Below are positions 44,504 to 52,892 of a stretch of 64,000 nucleotides of DNA, piece by piece. The notes below the pieces were generated by a model. The model saw nothing but the letters and a program-made list of their open reading frames with translations. It made no database searches and was not told the DNA's origin. This DNA is from Nanobdellati archaeon (GTDB lineage: Archaea > Nanobdellota > Nanobdellia > Woesearchaeales > GCA-2686295): the NCBI GenBank assembly GCA_014384375.1, contig JACNFY010000019.1, positions 100,262-164,261 on the forward strand, written 5' to 3'. Position 1 is the first letter of the stretch; every line of letters begins with the position of its first letter. Both the position numbers and the translations under genes were made by a program.

Positions 44504-45142
44504 ATGAAAGAGGAAAATTCTTTTTTTGACAAACTGCAAGGATTACAAAACGAATCAATTGATGCTATTGTAAAAGCAAGATTGAAAGGATCTTTTGACC
44601 CCAATTATCAGTTTCCATATTATGCAGGTGTTATTGATGATTATAATTTAATGCAAGCTATGATAAAAGCACGAGATGATGTTAATGAAATACATAAGTT
44701 TGTTGACCCTTGCTGTGGAGATGGTTTTTCTTTAATATTGGCTAATAAAGTAGGGTATAATGCTTATGGTGTGGAAATTGAGAACGCATTAGTAGATATT
44801 GCTAATGAAAACATTACTGAAGCTCGAAGAGCAGGTTTAATACCTATAAATGATGTGGTAGAAGTTACACAGGGAGATATGTTTAATCTGAGCTCATATG
44901 AATCTTTAGGCATAAGCTTTGCTGATATTGATGTGTTCTACTTGTACGCTTTGGAGAGTATGAAGATGGATTTCTTTAAACAATTCTCACAAGAAGCAAA
45001 GTTAGGTTCAAAGTTAATATTAGTTCCTGGTCTAAAAGAGAACAGAACTCAAAGTTTACTTGATTCTTTAAGCGGCAGTATAGGTATGTTTTACAAAGAA
45101 CCGACAGAAGGGATGTATCAAATATATCAGAAGATAAAATAA
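44504..45142 (+). CDS. class I SAM-dependent methyltransferase-like protein
   Basis: Motif I-like FVDPCCGDGFSLILA followed by YGVEI (acidic end of beta-2). Confidence 0.5.
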   Translation: MKEENSFFDKLQGLQNESIDAIVKARLKGSFDPNYQFPYYAGVIDDYNLMQAMIKARDDVNEIHKFVDPCCGDGFSLILANKVGYNAYGVEIENALVDIANENITEARRAGLIPINDVVEVTQGDMFNLSSYESLGISFADIDVFYLYALESMKMDFFKQFSQEAKLGSKLILVPGLKENRTQSLLDSLSGSIGMFYKEPTEGMYQIYQKIK

Positions 45143-45150
45143 ATGAGTTA

Positions 45151-45379
45151 TGCGGCGACCGGGACTTTCACCAGCGACGGTCATTTCCGTCGACACCATA
45201 AGCCTTCTTTCAACAATGAATTGTTGTTAGTCGGTGACGCTTTACAGCGTCAGGTGTGATCTCGATACCGTATGCTTGAGCGAAGCGAAACATACTTCGT
45301 CGTCAATGGCCGAAACCGTTGTTTTGAACCCGGATAAACGGCTTGGAAGGCCGTTGTCATGCCGTTAGACCATCGCCGC
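45151..45379 (-). tRNA. tRNA-Gly(TCC) with a ~158-nt structured intron in the T-loop
   Basis: Minus strand reads GCGGCGA-TG-GTCTAACGGCATGAC-A-ACGGC-CTTCCAA-GCCGT-TTAT-CCGGG-TTCAAA[intron]T-CCCGG-TCGCCGC-A. The locus is conspicuously GC-rich versus its flanks. Confidence 0.75.
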
Positions 45380-45405
45380 AAACAGGTGTAAAGGATTGAG
45401 TCTTT

Positions 45406-45413
45406 TTTATAAA
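45406..45413 (-). promoter_or_regulatory. TATA box (TTTATAAA) for tRNA-Gly
   Basis: Centre is about 30 nt upstream of the tRNA 5' end at 45379. Confidence 0.5.
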
Positions 45414-45475
45414 ATTTTCTAATTGAATTAAACTTATCAAAAGATTTAAAAGAGAAAAGTTTTTGCTCTCAGATT

Positions 45476-46402
45476 ATGATTTGTGTAATAGCTCTTGTCG
45501 TGTTTGGAGTGATGGGTGTTTTTAGTGTTAAGCATAGAATAATAGCTAAAGAAGCCCTTGACTGTGTTCTAAGAAGAGTTACTTTGAGAAAATGCGAGAC
45601 AGGTCTTGACAAGAGATTGAAAGCACAGATTACAGGCAAGTTGATGAAGAGACATCCAATGACTGGAAAGCAGATATATAAGCATTTCGAACTAATTTCA
45701 TGGATTTTCACAATTCTGTTGGTAGCTAGCATATTCTATTCATCACAAGGAATATATCAATTCGTGGTGTACGGGAACTGTAACGGAGAAGATTCTACAG
45801 GATTCTGCCCTTTCAATCCTGAAGCAACAGGTGACAGAGGGCATAGTGACTTTAGAGATAAAACAGCTTTGAAACCTGAAGTTGTGACAACTGACGATGA
45901 CCCGTGGTTTGGAAACCCAGAAGCAAAAGTGACTATAGTAGAGTTTGGCTGCTACAAATGCCCATATACAAAAGAAGCAGCTTTTAATGTTGTGAAGAAA
46001 CTATATGAAGAATATCAAGAAGATGTTTACTTTGTATATAGGGATTTCCCATTAAGCATTCATGAATATGCACACGAACCATCATTGAGCGCACAATGCG
46101 TTTTTGAGCAGAGTCGAGAAAAGTATTGGGATTATTACTTCAAGTTGTTTGAAAACCAGAAAGTTCTAAGTAATGAAGTAATGAGAGATATTGTGTTTGC
46201 TCTTGGTTTGGATATAGAGCAGTATGATGAATGTTTCTCCTCGGAAAAATACTCTGAAGAGCTAGATAACGATTACAAAGACGGGTTCCTTGCAGGTATA
46301 TACGGTACGCCAACTTTCTTCATAAATGGAAAAGAAGCTTTAGTTGGTCCTAGACCATTCAAGGAGTTCAAAAAGATAATTAAACAAGAGCTTAAAGAAT
46401 AA
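45476..46402 (+). CDS. membrane-anchored DsbA-like thioredoxin-fold protein
   Basis: Two N-terminal TM segments with Cys-containing loop, then VTIVEFGCYKCPYTKE (CxxC) and GTPTFFINGK typical of DsbA-family proteins. Confidence 0.7.
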   Translation: MICVIALVVFGVMGVFSVKHRIIAKEALDCVLRRVTLRKCETGLDKRLKAQITGKLMKRHPMTGKQIYKHFELISWIFTILLVASIFYSSQGIYQFVVYGNCNGEDSTGFCPFNPEATGDRGHSDFRDKTALKPEVVTTDDDPWFGNPEAKVTIVEFGCYKCPYTKEAAFNVVKKLYEEYQEDVYFVYRDFPLSIHEYAHEPSLSAQCVFEQSREKYWDYYFKLFENQKVLSNEVMRDIVFALGLDIEQYDECFSSEKYSEELDNDYKDGFLAGIYGTPTFFINGKEALVGPRPFKEFKKIIKQELKE

Positions 46403-46438
46403 TAAAATTTTTTAAATGAGTCTTGTTTGCTTCTATTT

Positions 46439-46900
46439 ATGGATTACCAAAAATTAGGATTTATAATCATTGCAATCAGTATTTTTTTGTCATTTCTAGT
46501 TGTTTCTTTTATAGTTCAAATAAACAAGTCTCATGAAGCGATGTGCGTTTTGCCTAATAACATGATGGATCAGGTTTTTCAATCTTACATTGGCGTTAGT
46601 GTTATCATCATTCTTTTCGTTGTAGGGTTCTTTCTTGTGTTGAATGAGAAGAAAGAACATGAAAAAAAAGTAGAAGAGAAACAATTGGACAAATATGAAA
46701 CCCTGTTAGGATATCTGACTGATGATGAGAAAAAGATAGTCTTATCTGTTAAAGAACAACCGGGAATCACACAGGCAACTTTAAAACTTAGAGCAGGATT
46801 TTCGAAATCAAAATTAAGCGCTCTTTTAATAGATCTTGAAAAAAGAAATGTCTTGGTGAGAGAACTAAAAGGGAGAACTTACAAAGTATTCTTAAAATAA
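46439..46900 (+). CDS. membrane-tethered winged-helix (MarR/TrmB-like) protein
   Basis: Two TM segments, then LTDDEKKIVLSVKEQPGITQATLKLRAGFSKSKLSALLIDLEKRNVLVRE. Confidence 0.5.
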   Translation: MDYQKLGFIIIAISIFLSFLVVSFIVQINKSHEAMCVLPNNMMDQVFQSYIGVSVIIILFVVGFFLVLNEKKEHEKKVEEKQLDKYETLLGYLTDDEKKIVLSVKEQPGITQATLKLRAGFSKSKLSALLIDLEKRNVLVRELKGRTYKVFLK

Positions 46901-47043
46901 AAGGTTTTCTGTTCTATTTAAACAATTTAGGACGTAAATTATACTTGTTTTCAGAATCTGAGACTTATTTGTCCACTGTCCACACCCAAATGTATATATA
47001 ACAAGTCATTCTTTCAGGAAGCGTACTAATGGGAGGTTAGAAG

Positions 47044-48900
47044 ATGAGGAGAAAAAGGAATAAAAGAAATAAAAAATTTATTCATAAAAAAATTAAGCAT
47101 TCTAAAAAAATTCCTGTTAAGAAATATGATGTTGAAAAAGAGATATTCAAACCTGCAATTATCACTTTTGGAATTATTCTCGTAGTATTATTTATTGCAT
47201 TAGGAATTTCAAAGAATGATTTCTCAATAGAAGACTTAGATGTCAATGATGAGATCACATTTAAAATAGATAATAATGAGTTGTCCGGAGTTATTAAAGA
47301 GTTGTTACCAGAGCAAGAAGCGTGCATTGTAGAAACCTCTACAGGTGAAAGAGTCACCATTCCGATATCAGACATAACTGAGATAAAAAGTCCTGATGAA
47401 TTCTCAGATGGGATGGTTGTGCTGGACATGTATGTCATGAGTCAATGTCCATATGGAGTACAGGCAGAGAACGAAGCTATTAAAGCAGTTAGAAGATTCG
47501 AAGATGATGTAGAGTATAATATACACTTCATAGTTAATTCTCAAGGAGAAGGTTTTCGAAGCCTTCATGGACAAGCAGAAGTTGATGAGGATATGAGGCA
47601 GGTATGCATACAAGAATTAAATCCAGATCTATACTATGACTACTTGCTATGTTTTAACGAGAACTATAGAGATGCTGAGTCACAATACTCAAAATGCGCG
47701 GATCAAGTTGGTATTGACAAAAAAGCAGTATCTACTTGTATAGATGAGAGAGGAGTTGAGCTGTTGAAAGCAAGTGAAGCAGAAACAGCAAGAGTTGGTG
47801 CTGGTGCAAGCCCAACTATTTATCTAAACGGTGAAAGCTACAATGGTGGAAGGTCAGAGATGGAGTTCGCAAGAGTAATATGTGAAATATTTGACTATGA
47901 ACATGAAGGCTGCGCCAACATACCAAAACCAGTTCCTATGAAAGTTATAGTTCTGACAGATGATGAATGTCCTAATTGCGATACTTCCAGAATAGTTTCT
48001 GTGTCAAAGCAGTTGTTCCCAGGAGCAAGTTTTGAATATGTAGATGTTGATAGCAAAGATGGGAAAAAACTAGTGGAAGAACACAGCTTGGTGTACCTTC
48101 CAGCTTTCATCTTTGAATCAAAAATTGAAGAGACAAACACTTGGAAAACAAACACTCAAGTAATAGGAGCATTTGTAATTTCAGCAGATGGTTACAGGTT
48201 GAGAGATTCAATAACAGGTGCAAGCTGGTTTATTGATGAAGAGAAACAAGCAGAGTTCTTCGTATCAATAGGAGTTGTCAAGGGAGATAACAGACCCCAG
48301 ATAGACTTCTTTGTCATGAGCTACTGTCCCTATGGTAATATGGCAGAAGAAGCAATCGCACCAGTATATGAGAAACTAAAAGACAAAGCAGAATTCAAAC
48401 CACACTATGTCATATACAGTGATTACGCGACTGGTTACCCAGACTTTTGTTTGGCAGAAGACAATGTTATTTGCTCAATGCACGGGATAGTTGAGTTAAA
48501 CCAAGATATAAGGGAAGCTTGCGTAGCAAAATATTATGACATGCAAAAATGGTTTGAGTTTGCATTAGCAATGAACAAGCAGTGTAACTCACAAAATGCT
48601 GACGCTTGCTGGGTTGAAGTTGCAGAATCATTAGGCTTAGATACAGAGCTAATAAGCGTATGCGAAGCAGATGAGGGAGTAGTATTGATGTATACAGATA
48701 AAGCATTGGGAGACAAGCTTGGAGTCAGAGGAAGCCCGGCAGTGTTCATCGATGGTGCACAATACAATGGACAGAGAACTGCAAATGGCTACTTAGCAGC
48801 ATTGTGCGCTGCATTTGAGGATGCGCCAGAGGAATGTAGTGGTACAGTTCAAGAACCAATGCAACAGCAAGCGCCACCTACAGGAGGAGCATGTGGATAA
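47044..48900 (+). CDS. membrane-anchored exoprotein with three thioredoxin/DsbA-like modules
   Basis: Basic N-tail plus TM. Module A YVMSQCPYG...GASPTIYLNG, module B DDECPNC, module C FVMSYCPYG...GSPAVFIDG. GGAGG precedes the ATG. Confidence 0.6.
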   Translation: MRRKRNKRNKKFIHKKIKHSKKIPVKKYDVEKEIFKPAIITFGIILVVLFIALGISKNDFSIEDLDVNDEITFKIDNNELSGVIKELLPEQEACIVETSTGERVTIPISDITEIKSPDEFSDGMVVLDMYVMSQCPYGVQAENEAIKAVRRFEDDVEYNIHFIVNSQGEGFRSLHGQAEVDEDMRQVCIQELNPDLYYDYLLCFNENYRDAESQYSKCADQVGIDKKAVSTCIDERGVELLKASEAETARVGAGASPTIYLNGESYNGGRSEMEFARVICEIFDYEHEGCANIPKPVPMKVIVLTDDECPNCDTSRIVSVSKQLFPGASFEYVDVDSKDGKKLVEEHSLVYLPAFIFESKIEETNTWKTNTQVIGAFVISADGYRLRDSITGASWFIDEEKQAEFFVSIGVVKGDNRPQIDFFVMSYCPYGNMAEEAIAPVYEKLKDKAEFKPHYVIYSDYATGYPDFCLAEDNVICSMHGIVELNQDIREACVAKYYDMQKWFEFALAMNKQCNSQNADACWVEVAESLGLDTELISVCEADEGVVLMYTDKALGDKLGVRGSPAVFIDGAQYNGQRTANGYLAALCAAFEDAPEECSGTVQEPMQQQAPPTGGACG

Positions 48901-48965
48901 CTCCTTGATTTTTTTTTCTTTATTCTACAAAAACTATATAAACAATCCTACAATATTTTTTCTCT

Positions 48966-50165
48966 ATGGGGTTAAGGGTTGATAAGGTAAGGAAAGATTT
49001 TCCAATTCTAAAGAAAAAAGTTGTCTACTTTGATAATTCTTGTGTAACTTTGAAGCCAAAGCAAGTTGTTGAAGTTATGAATAAGTATTACTATGAGTTT
49101 CCTGCTTGTGCAGGACGGAGCATGCATCAGCTCGGAAATAAGGTGACAGAAGAGGTTGCTAAGTCAAGGGAAGTGATAAGGAAATTCATAAATGCTAAGA
49201 GAAAAGAAAAAATTATATTCACACGCAACACCACAGAAGCGATAAATCTTGTTGCAAACTCTTTCAATTTCAAGAAAGGAGATAAAGTGCTGATAACTGA
49301 TAAGGAGCATAACTCTAATCTGTTGCCATGGCAGTTACTGGCGAAGAAAGGAGTTATTAGATTAAGGGTTCTGGGGTCAAGACAAGATAATACTTTTAAC
49401 ATAGAATCTTTTGAAAGAGAGGTTAAGGATGTAAAACTAGTTTCTATAGTGCATACTTCAAATCTGGATGGTGTGACAAATCCTGCGAAGGAGATAATAA
49501 AGATAGCTCACAAGAACAACGCTTTAGTCATGCTTGACGCAGCACAGTCAGTGCCTCATAAAGAGGTTGATGTGAAGAAGTTAGATGCTGATTTCCTAGC
49601 ATTCTCAGGCCACAAGATGCTTGGTCCTTCAGGAATAGGAGCTTTATATGGGAAAAAAGAACTTTTAGAGAAATTAAATCCATTTATTGTTGGTGGAGAG
49701 ACAGTCAAAGAATCAACTTATACAAGTCAGGTTTGGGAGGACGTTCCTGAACGTTTTGAAGCAGGTCTGCAGAACTACGCTGGAATTATTGGCTTTGCAG
49801 AGGCAGCACGCTATTTAAGCAAGATTGGAAAGACAAATATTGAGAAACATGAAATAAAACTGACAAGTAAATTAACTAATGGTTTGGAAGAGATTGGTGA
49901 TGTTAGTATCATTGGTCCTGAAGCAGAGAAAAGGAATTGTATTACAAGCTTCAACATTGGAAAAGAGGACCCTCATCAGATTGCTTTGTTGCTTGACAAC
50001 TCTGCTAATGTAATGGTAAGAAGCGGCGCTCACTGTGTGCATTCATGGTTCAACAAGCATAAGATAAAAGGAAGTATTCGAGCATCACTCTATATTTACA
50101 ATACAGAAGAAGAGGTAGAGTACTTTATCGATAATATGAAGAAGATAAAGAAGCTCTTAAAGTAA
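48966..50165 (+). CDS. sufS: cysteine desulfurase (class V aminotransferase, SufS/CsdA-like)
   Basis: PLP lysine block FSGHKMLGPSGIGALYG and catalytic-Cys loop VRSGAHCVH. Confidence 0.8.
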   Translation: MGLRVDKVRKDFPILKKKVVYFDNSCVTLKPKQVVEVMNKYYYEFPACAGRSMHQLGNKVTEEVAKSREVIRKFINAKRKEKIIFTRNTTEAINLVANSFNFKKGDKVLITDKEHNSNLLPWQLLAKKGVIRLRVLGSRQDNTFNIESFEREVKDVKLVSIVHTSNLDGVTNPAKEIIKIAHKNNALVMLDAAQSVPHKEVDVKKLDADFLAFSGHKMLGPSGIGALYGKKELLEKLNPFIVGGETVKESTYTSQVWEDVPERFEAGLQNYAGIIGFAEAARYLSKIGKTNIEKHEIKLTSKLTNGLEEIGDVSIIGPEAEKRNCITSFNIGKEDPHQIALLLDNSANVMVRSGAHCVHSWFNKHKIKGSIRASLYIYNTEEEVEYFIDNMKKIKKLLK

Positions 50166-50167
50166 AC

Positions 50168-50494
50168 ATGCATGAGCATACAATAGCAAAAGTCATTATT
50201 GAAGAAGCGACAAAGCATGGAAAAGTGAAAGGCATAGTTGTGGAGGTTGGTGATTTAGGTCATTTACCTGCTCATGAGATGGAAGAAGTTTTAAATACAT
50301 TAACTGATTGGAATATAACTGTTACAAAAAAGAAAGCAACTATAAAATGTGAGGTGTGTGATTATAAAGGAGAACCAGATATTGTTGAGAAAGGACATGA
50401 CCATACTGTATTTAAGTGTCCAAAATGCAAGGCTATGATGCCAAAAATACTTGATGGTGATAAGATAATATTGAAAGAAGTTGAGGTGGAATAG
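50168..50494 (+). CDS. hypA: hydrogenase nickel-insertion protein HypA
   Basis: MHEHTIA N-terminal Ni site. Zn site CEVC...CPKC. Confidence 0.85.
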   Translation: MHEHTIAKVIIEEATKHGKVKGIVVEVGDLGHLPAHEMEEVLNTLTDWNITVTKKKATIKCEVCDYKGEPDIVEKGHDHTVFKCPKCKAMMPKILDGDKIILKEVEVE

Positions 50495-50710
50495 ATGTGC
50501 TTATCAGTTCCTGGAAAAGTTGTCAAGATAAAAGGAGATAAAGCTGTTGTTGACTATCAGGGTGAGAAGAGAGAAGCTTCGCTTACTCTGAAGAAGGATG
50601 TTAAAGTCGGAGATTATGTAATTGTCAGTGCAAAGTTTGTAATGGAGAAGATTCCTGAAAAGGAAGCAAAAAGAATAATTGAGGTTTGGAATGAGACAGA
50701 TGAAGCCTGA
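50495..50710 (+). CDS. hypC: hydrogenase assembly chaperone HypC/HupF
   Basis: MCLSVPGKVVKI with essential Cys2. 71 aa. Confidence 0.85.
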   Translation: MCLSVPGKVVKIKGDKAVVDYQGEKREASLTLKKDVKVGDYVIVSAKFVMEKIPEKEAKRIIEVWNETDEA

Positions 50711-51173
50711 GCAATACTTTTTGAAGTATTCTTTTCCTTGTGCTCATACTTTGTTGGAGATGGGTAGCATAGATGAGAAGAAATTTGAAGAGTTAAGAAA
50801 AAACACTCTTCAAAATAAGGTTATGAATAGAGCAGAGCTGGTTATATTATTTCCAGCTGCTTTTAGAAGGATAGCTCAAGTAGCTGAGAAGATGAAGAAA
50901 GATACATGGGATGTTGATGTTATAAGAAAGTATTTTCTTGAGGACCATAATATGTATATAGATTCTAAAGAAGGAAACTATGAGAAGTTTAGCACAGAAT
51001 TTAGAGATTTCTGCAAGGTGTACAAAGGAAAAGTTGTTCATAAAGAGGGAGATATTCTAACAGTTGAATATGGCCATAGGCAGAGAAATGTTCTAGCAGA
51101 GATCCTACCAGAAGCAAAGGTTGGGGATACTATAATAATTCATCAAGGCTTTGCAGTTGAGAAGCTTGAGTAG
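50691..51173 (+). CDS. HypC-like OB-fold domain fused behind an uncharacterised ~105-aa N-terminal domain
   Basis: C-terminal FCKVYKGKVVHKEGDILTVEYGHRQRNVLAEILPEAKVGDTIIIHQGFAVEKL aligns residue by residue with the adjacent HypC. Start overlaps the hypC stop; 50691 versus 50700 unresolved. Confidence 0.5.
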   Translation: MRQMKPEQYFLKYSFPCAHTLLEMGSIDEKKFEELRKNTLQNKVMNRAELVILFPAAFRRIAQVAEKMKKDTWDVDVIRKYFLEDHNMYIDSKEGNYEKFSTEFRDFCKVYKGKVVHKEGDILTVEYGHRQRNVLAEILPEAKVGDTIIIHQGFAVEKLE

Positions 51174-52063
51174 AATTTCTTAATTGTTTGAGTGCTAACA
51201 GTGAATATTATAACTCCTGATACTAGTAAAACCATTCCAACCATTTGGGTTATAGTTACTAATTTATCTAAGAACACAAGATTAAGTATAGTTGTAATAA
51301 CAGAGCCAAGTGCAAGCACTGCAACAGCAGTACTTGCATTGACCAATTTCAACCCGTTATAGAAGGTTGTTACATAACCGAGCAGGAAAGCAGATGTTAC
51401 CAAAATCCAGATAAGTTTCGCAGATGTTAGTGTGAAAGCAATTGAAAACTGTTTTGTAAATAATAAGAACAAAAGTATAAACAATGAGCCAAAGAACATT
51501 CTGCCAAAAGCAACTATATTGCCAGATAATTTCTTCAAGACGTGCTTTGAGAATGTTATTTCAGAAGCCCAGAACAAAGTGGCTGTGAATATTAGTAGAA
51601 TTCCTGGTGTGAAATTAAATGATACTAGTTTTAATAATAAAAAATTTCCTAATAATAATGATATAGCTCCAAAAACAATTCTAGTATTGATTTTTTCTTT
51701 TAAGAACAGCGTTGCTAGAATAGCCACCCAGACAATCATTGTTTTATGAACAAAAGAACTTTGGGCAGATGTAGCCATCTTCAAACCTTTAAAAAATAAC
51801 AGGAAAGGAATGCTACCTCCAATCAAGCCAATAGTTACTAGGTTCCTCCAATCCTTTGATTTTAATTTCTTTAACTCTTTAAAGTTCCTAAATAGTAATA
51901 TTATAGAGAACAACAGTATTCCAACAATGAAGTTCTTAGCACCTGTGAAGATGTAAGGATTTATCCCTTTAACACTAAAGGCATTTACGAATATCGAAAC
52001 TCCTGAAATTACCGCTGTTAAGAAAACCAACCATAGCCCCTTTTTCATAAAAAAAGAATACAA
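51143..52063 (-). CDS. EamA/DMT-family transporter
   Basis: 306 aa, 10 TM segments in two 5-TM halves, typical EamA pattern. Confidence 0.7.
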   Translation of the reverse strand: MYSFFMKKGLWLVFLTAVISGVSIFVNAFSVKGINPYIFTGAKNFIVGILLFSIILLFRNFKELKKLKSKDWRNLVTIGLIGGSIPFLLFFKGLKMATSAQSSFVHKTMIVWVAILATLFLKEKINTRIVFGAISLLLGNFLLLKLVSFNFTPGILLIFTATLFWASEITFSKHVLKKLSGNIVAFGRMFFGSLFILLFLLFTKQFSIAFTLTSAKLIWILVTSAFLLGYVTTFYNGLKLVNASTAVAVLALGSVITTILNLVFLDKLVTITQMVGMVLLVSGVIIFTVSTQTIKKFYSSFSTAKP

Positions 52064-52072
52064 ACTTATTTT

Positions 52073-52804
52073 TTATAAATTTTTTGAATTGTCAATAGGG
52101 CCATACCAGTAAATATTCTTAGTTTTTACATCCTTGAATTCATCGTTTTCTTGAAATCGTTCCATTTCAGCTATGAAGAAATTACCTGTATCTAGCCATT
52201 CGAAGATATACGGGTCGTCGGGGAATAATTTTTTTGACATAAAATCCTCTTTATCAACCCAGTAGTATTTTCCCTCTCTATCTTCTTTCTTAAGGGTTCC
52301 TCTAGGATTAGTGCATTTAACCACGAACTGAACATGATGATAGGCTAGTTTACCATTATTGTAGGTTGTGAAATTTATCAAACCTGCAATCTTCATATCA
52401 GCTTCAAGATTTGTCTCTTCTTTCAACTCTCTAGCAGCACATCCAAGAATTTTCTCACCAAACTCCATTTTAGCTCCTGCAAATCCGAAATAACCGTAGA
52501 ATGGTTCCTTTAATCGTTCATGCAGCAAAATTTTATCGCCGTCAAAAACAACTAATAAAAGAGCTACCAAAGGATTTTCAGGCTTCTTGCCAGTCTCTCC
52601 ATCGATAAAAACAGCTTGTTTTTTTCCTTCATGAGCGAGGAAGTATTTGTTATCTTTTTTCTCAATCAATCCGTCTTCTTCCATGACCTTGAGGTGATAT
52701 GCGAATTTATTGCTGTCACCCTCTTTTTTCCAAAGCTCATTAAAGCCCATTCCTGGTTTGTGCATGAGATCTCTTATGATTCTATTCCTTATTTCGTGAG
52801 CCAT
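52073..52804 (-). CDS. N-terminal winged-helix + C-terminal NUDIX hydrolase domain protein
   Basis: wHTH (IIRDLMHKPGMGFNELWKK...HLKVMEEDGLIEK), then Nudix box GAKMEFGEKILGCAARELKEETN. Confidence 0.7.
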   Translation of the reverse strand: MAHEIRNRIIRDLMHKPGMGFNELWKKEGDSNKFAYHLKVMEEDGLIEKKDNKYFLAHEGKKQAVFIDGETGKKPENPLVALLLVVFDGDKILLHERLKEPFYGYFGFAGAKMEFGEKILGCAARELKEETNLEADMKIAGLINFTTYNNGKLAYHHVQFVVKCTNPRGTLKKEDREGKYYWVDKEDFMSKKLFPDDPYIFEWLDTGNFFIAEMERFQENDEFKDVKTKNIYWYGPIDNSKNL

Positions 52805-52892
52805 GATGAGAGGAAACAGTTGTTATATATAAATATCTATCTCAAAACAATTTGAGTAAAATTTTAAAAGGTTTGTAATATAGTATTCTACT

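Noticed and set aside
45159-45320. Box C/D sRNA embedded in the tRNA-Gly intron
   Set aside because: Only degenerate C-like (TGACGA) and D-like (CTGA) strings are present. Their spacing (~50 nt) is far from the ~12-nt guide spacing of archaeal C/D sRNAs.
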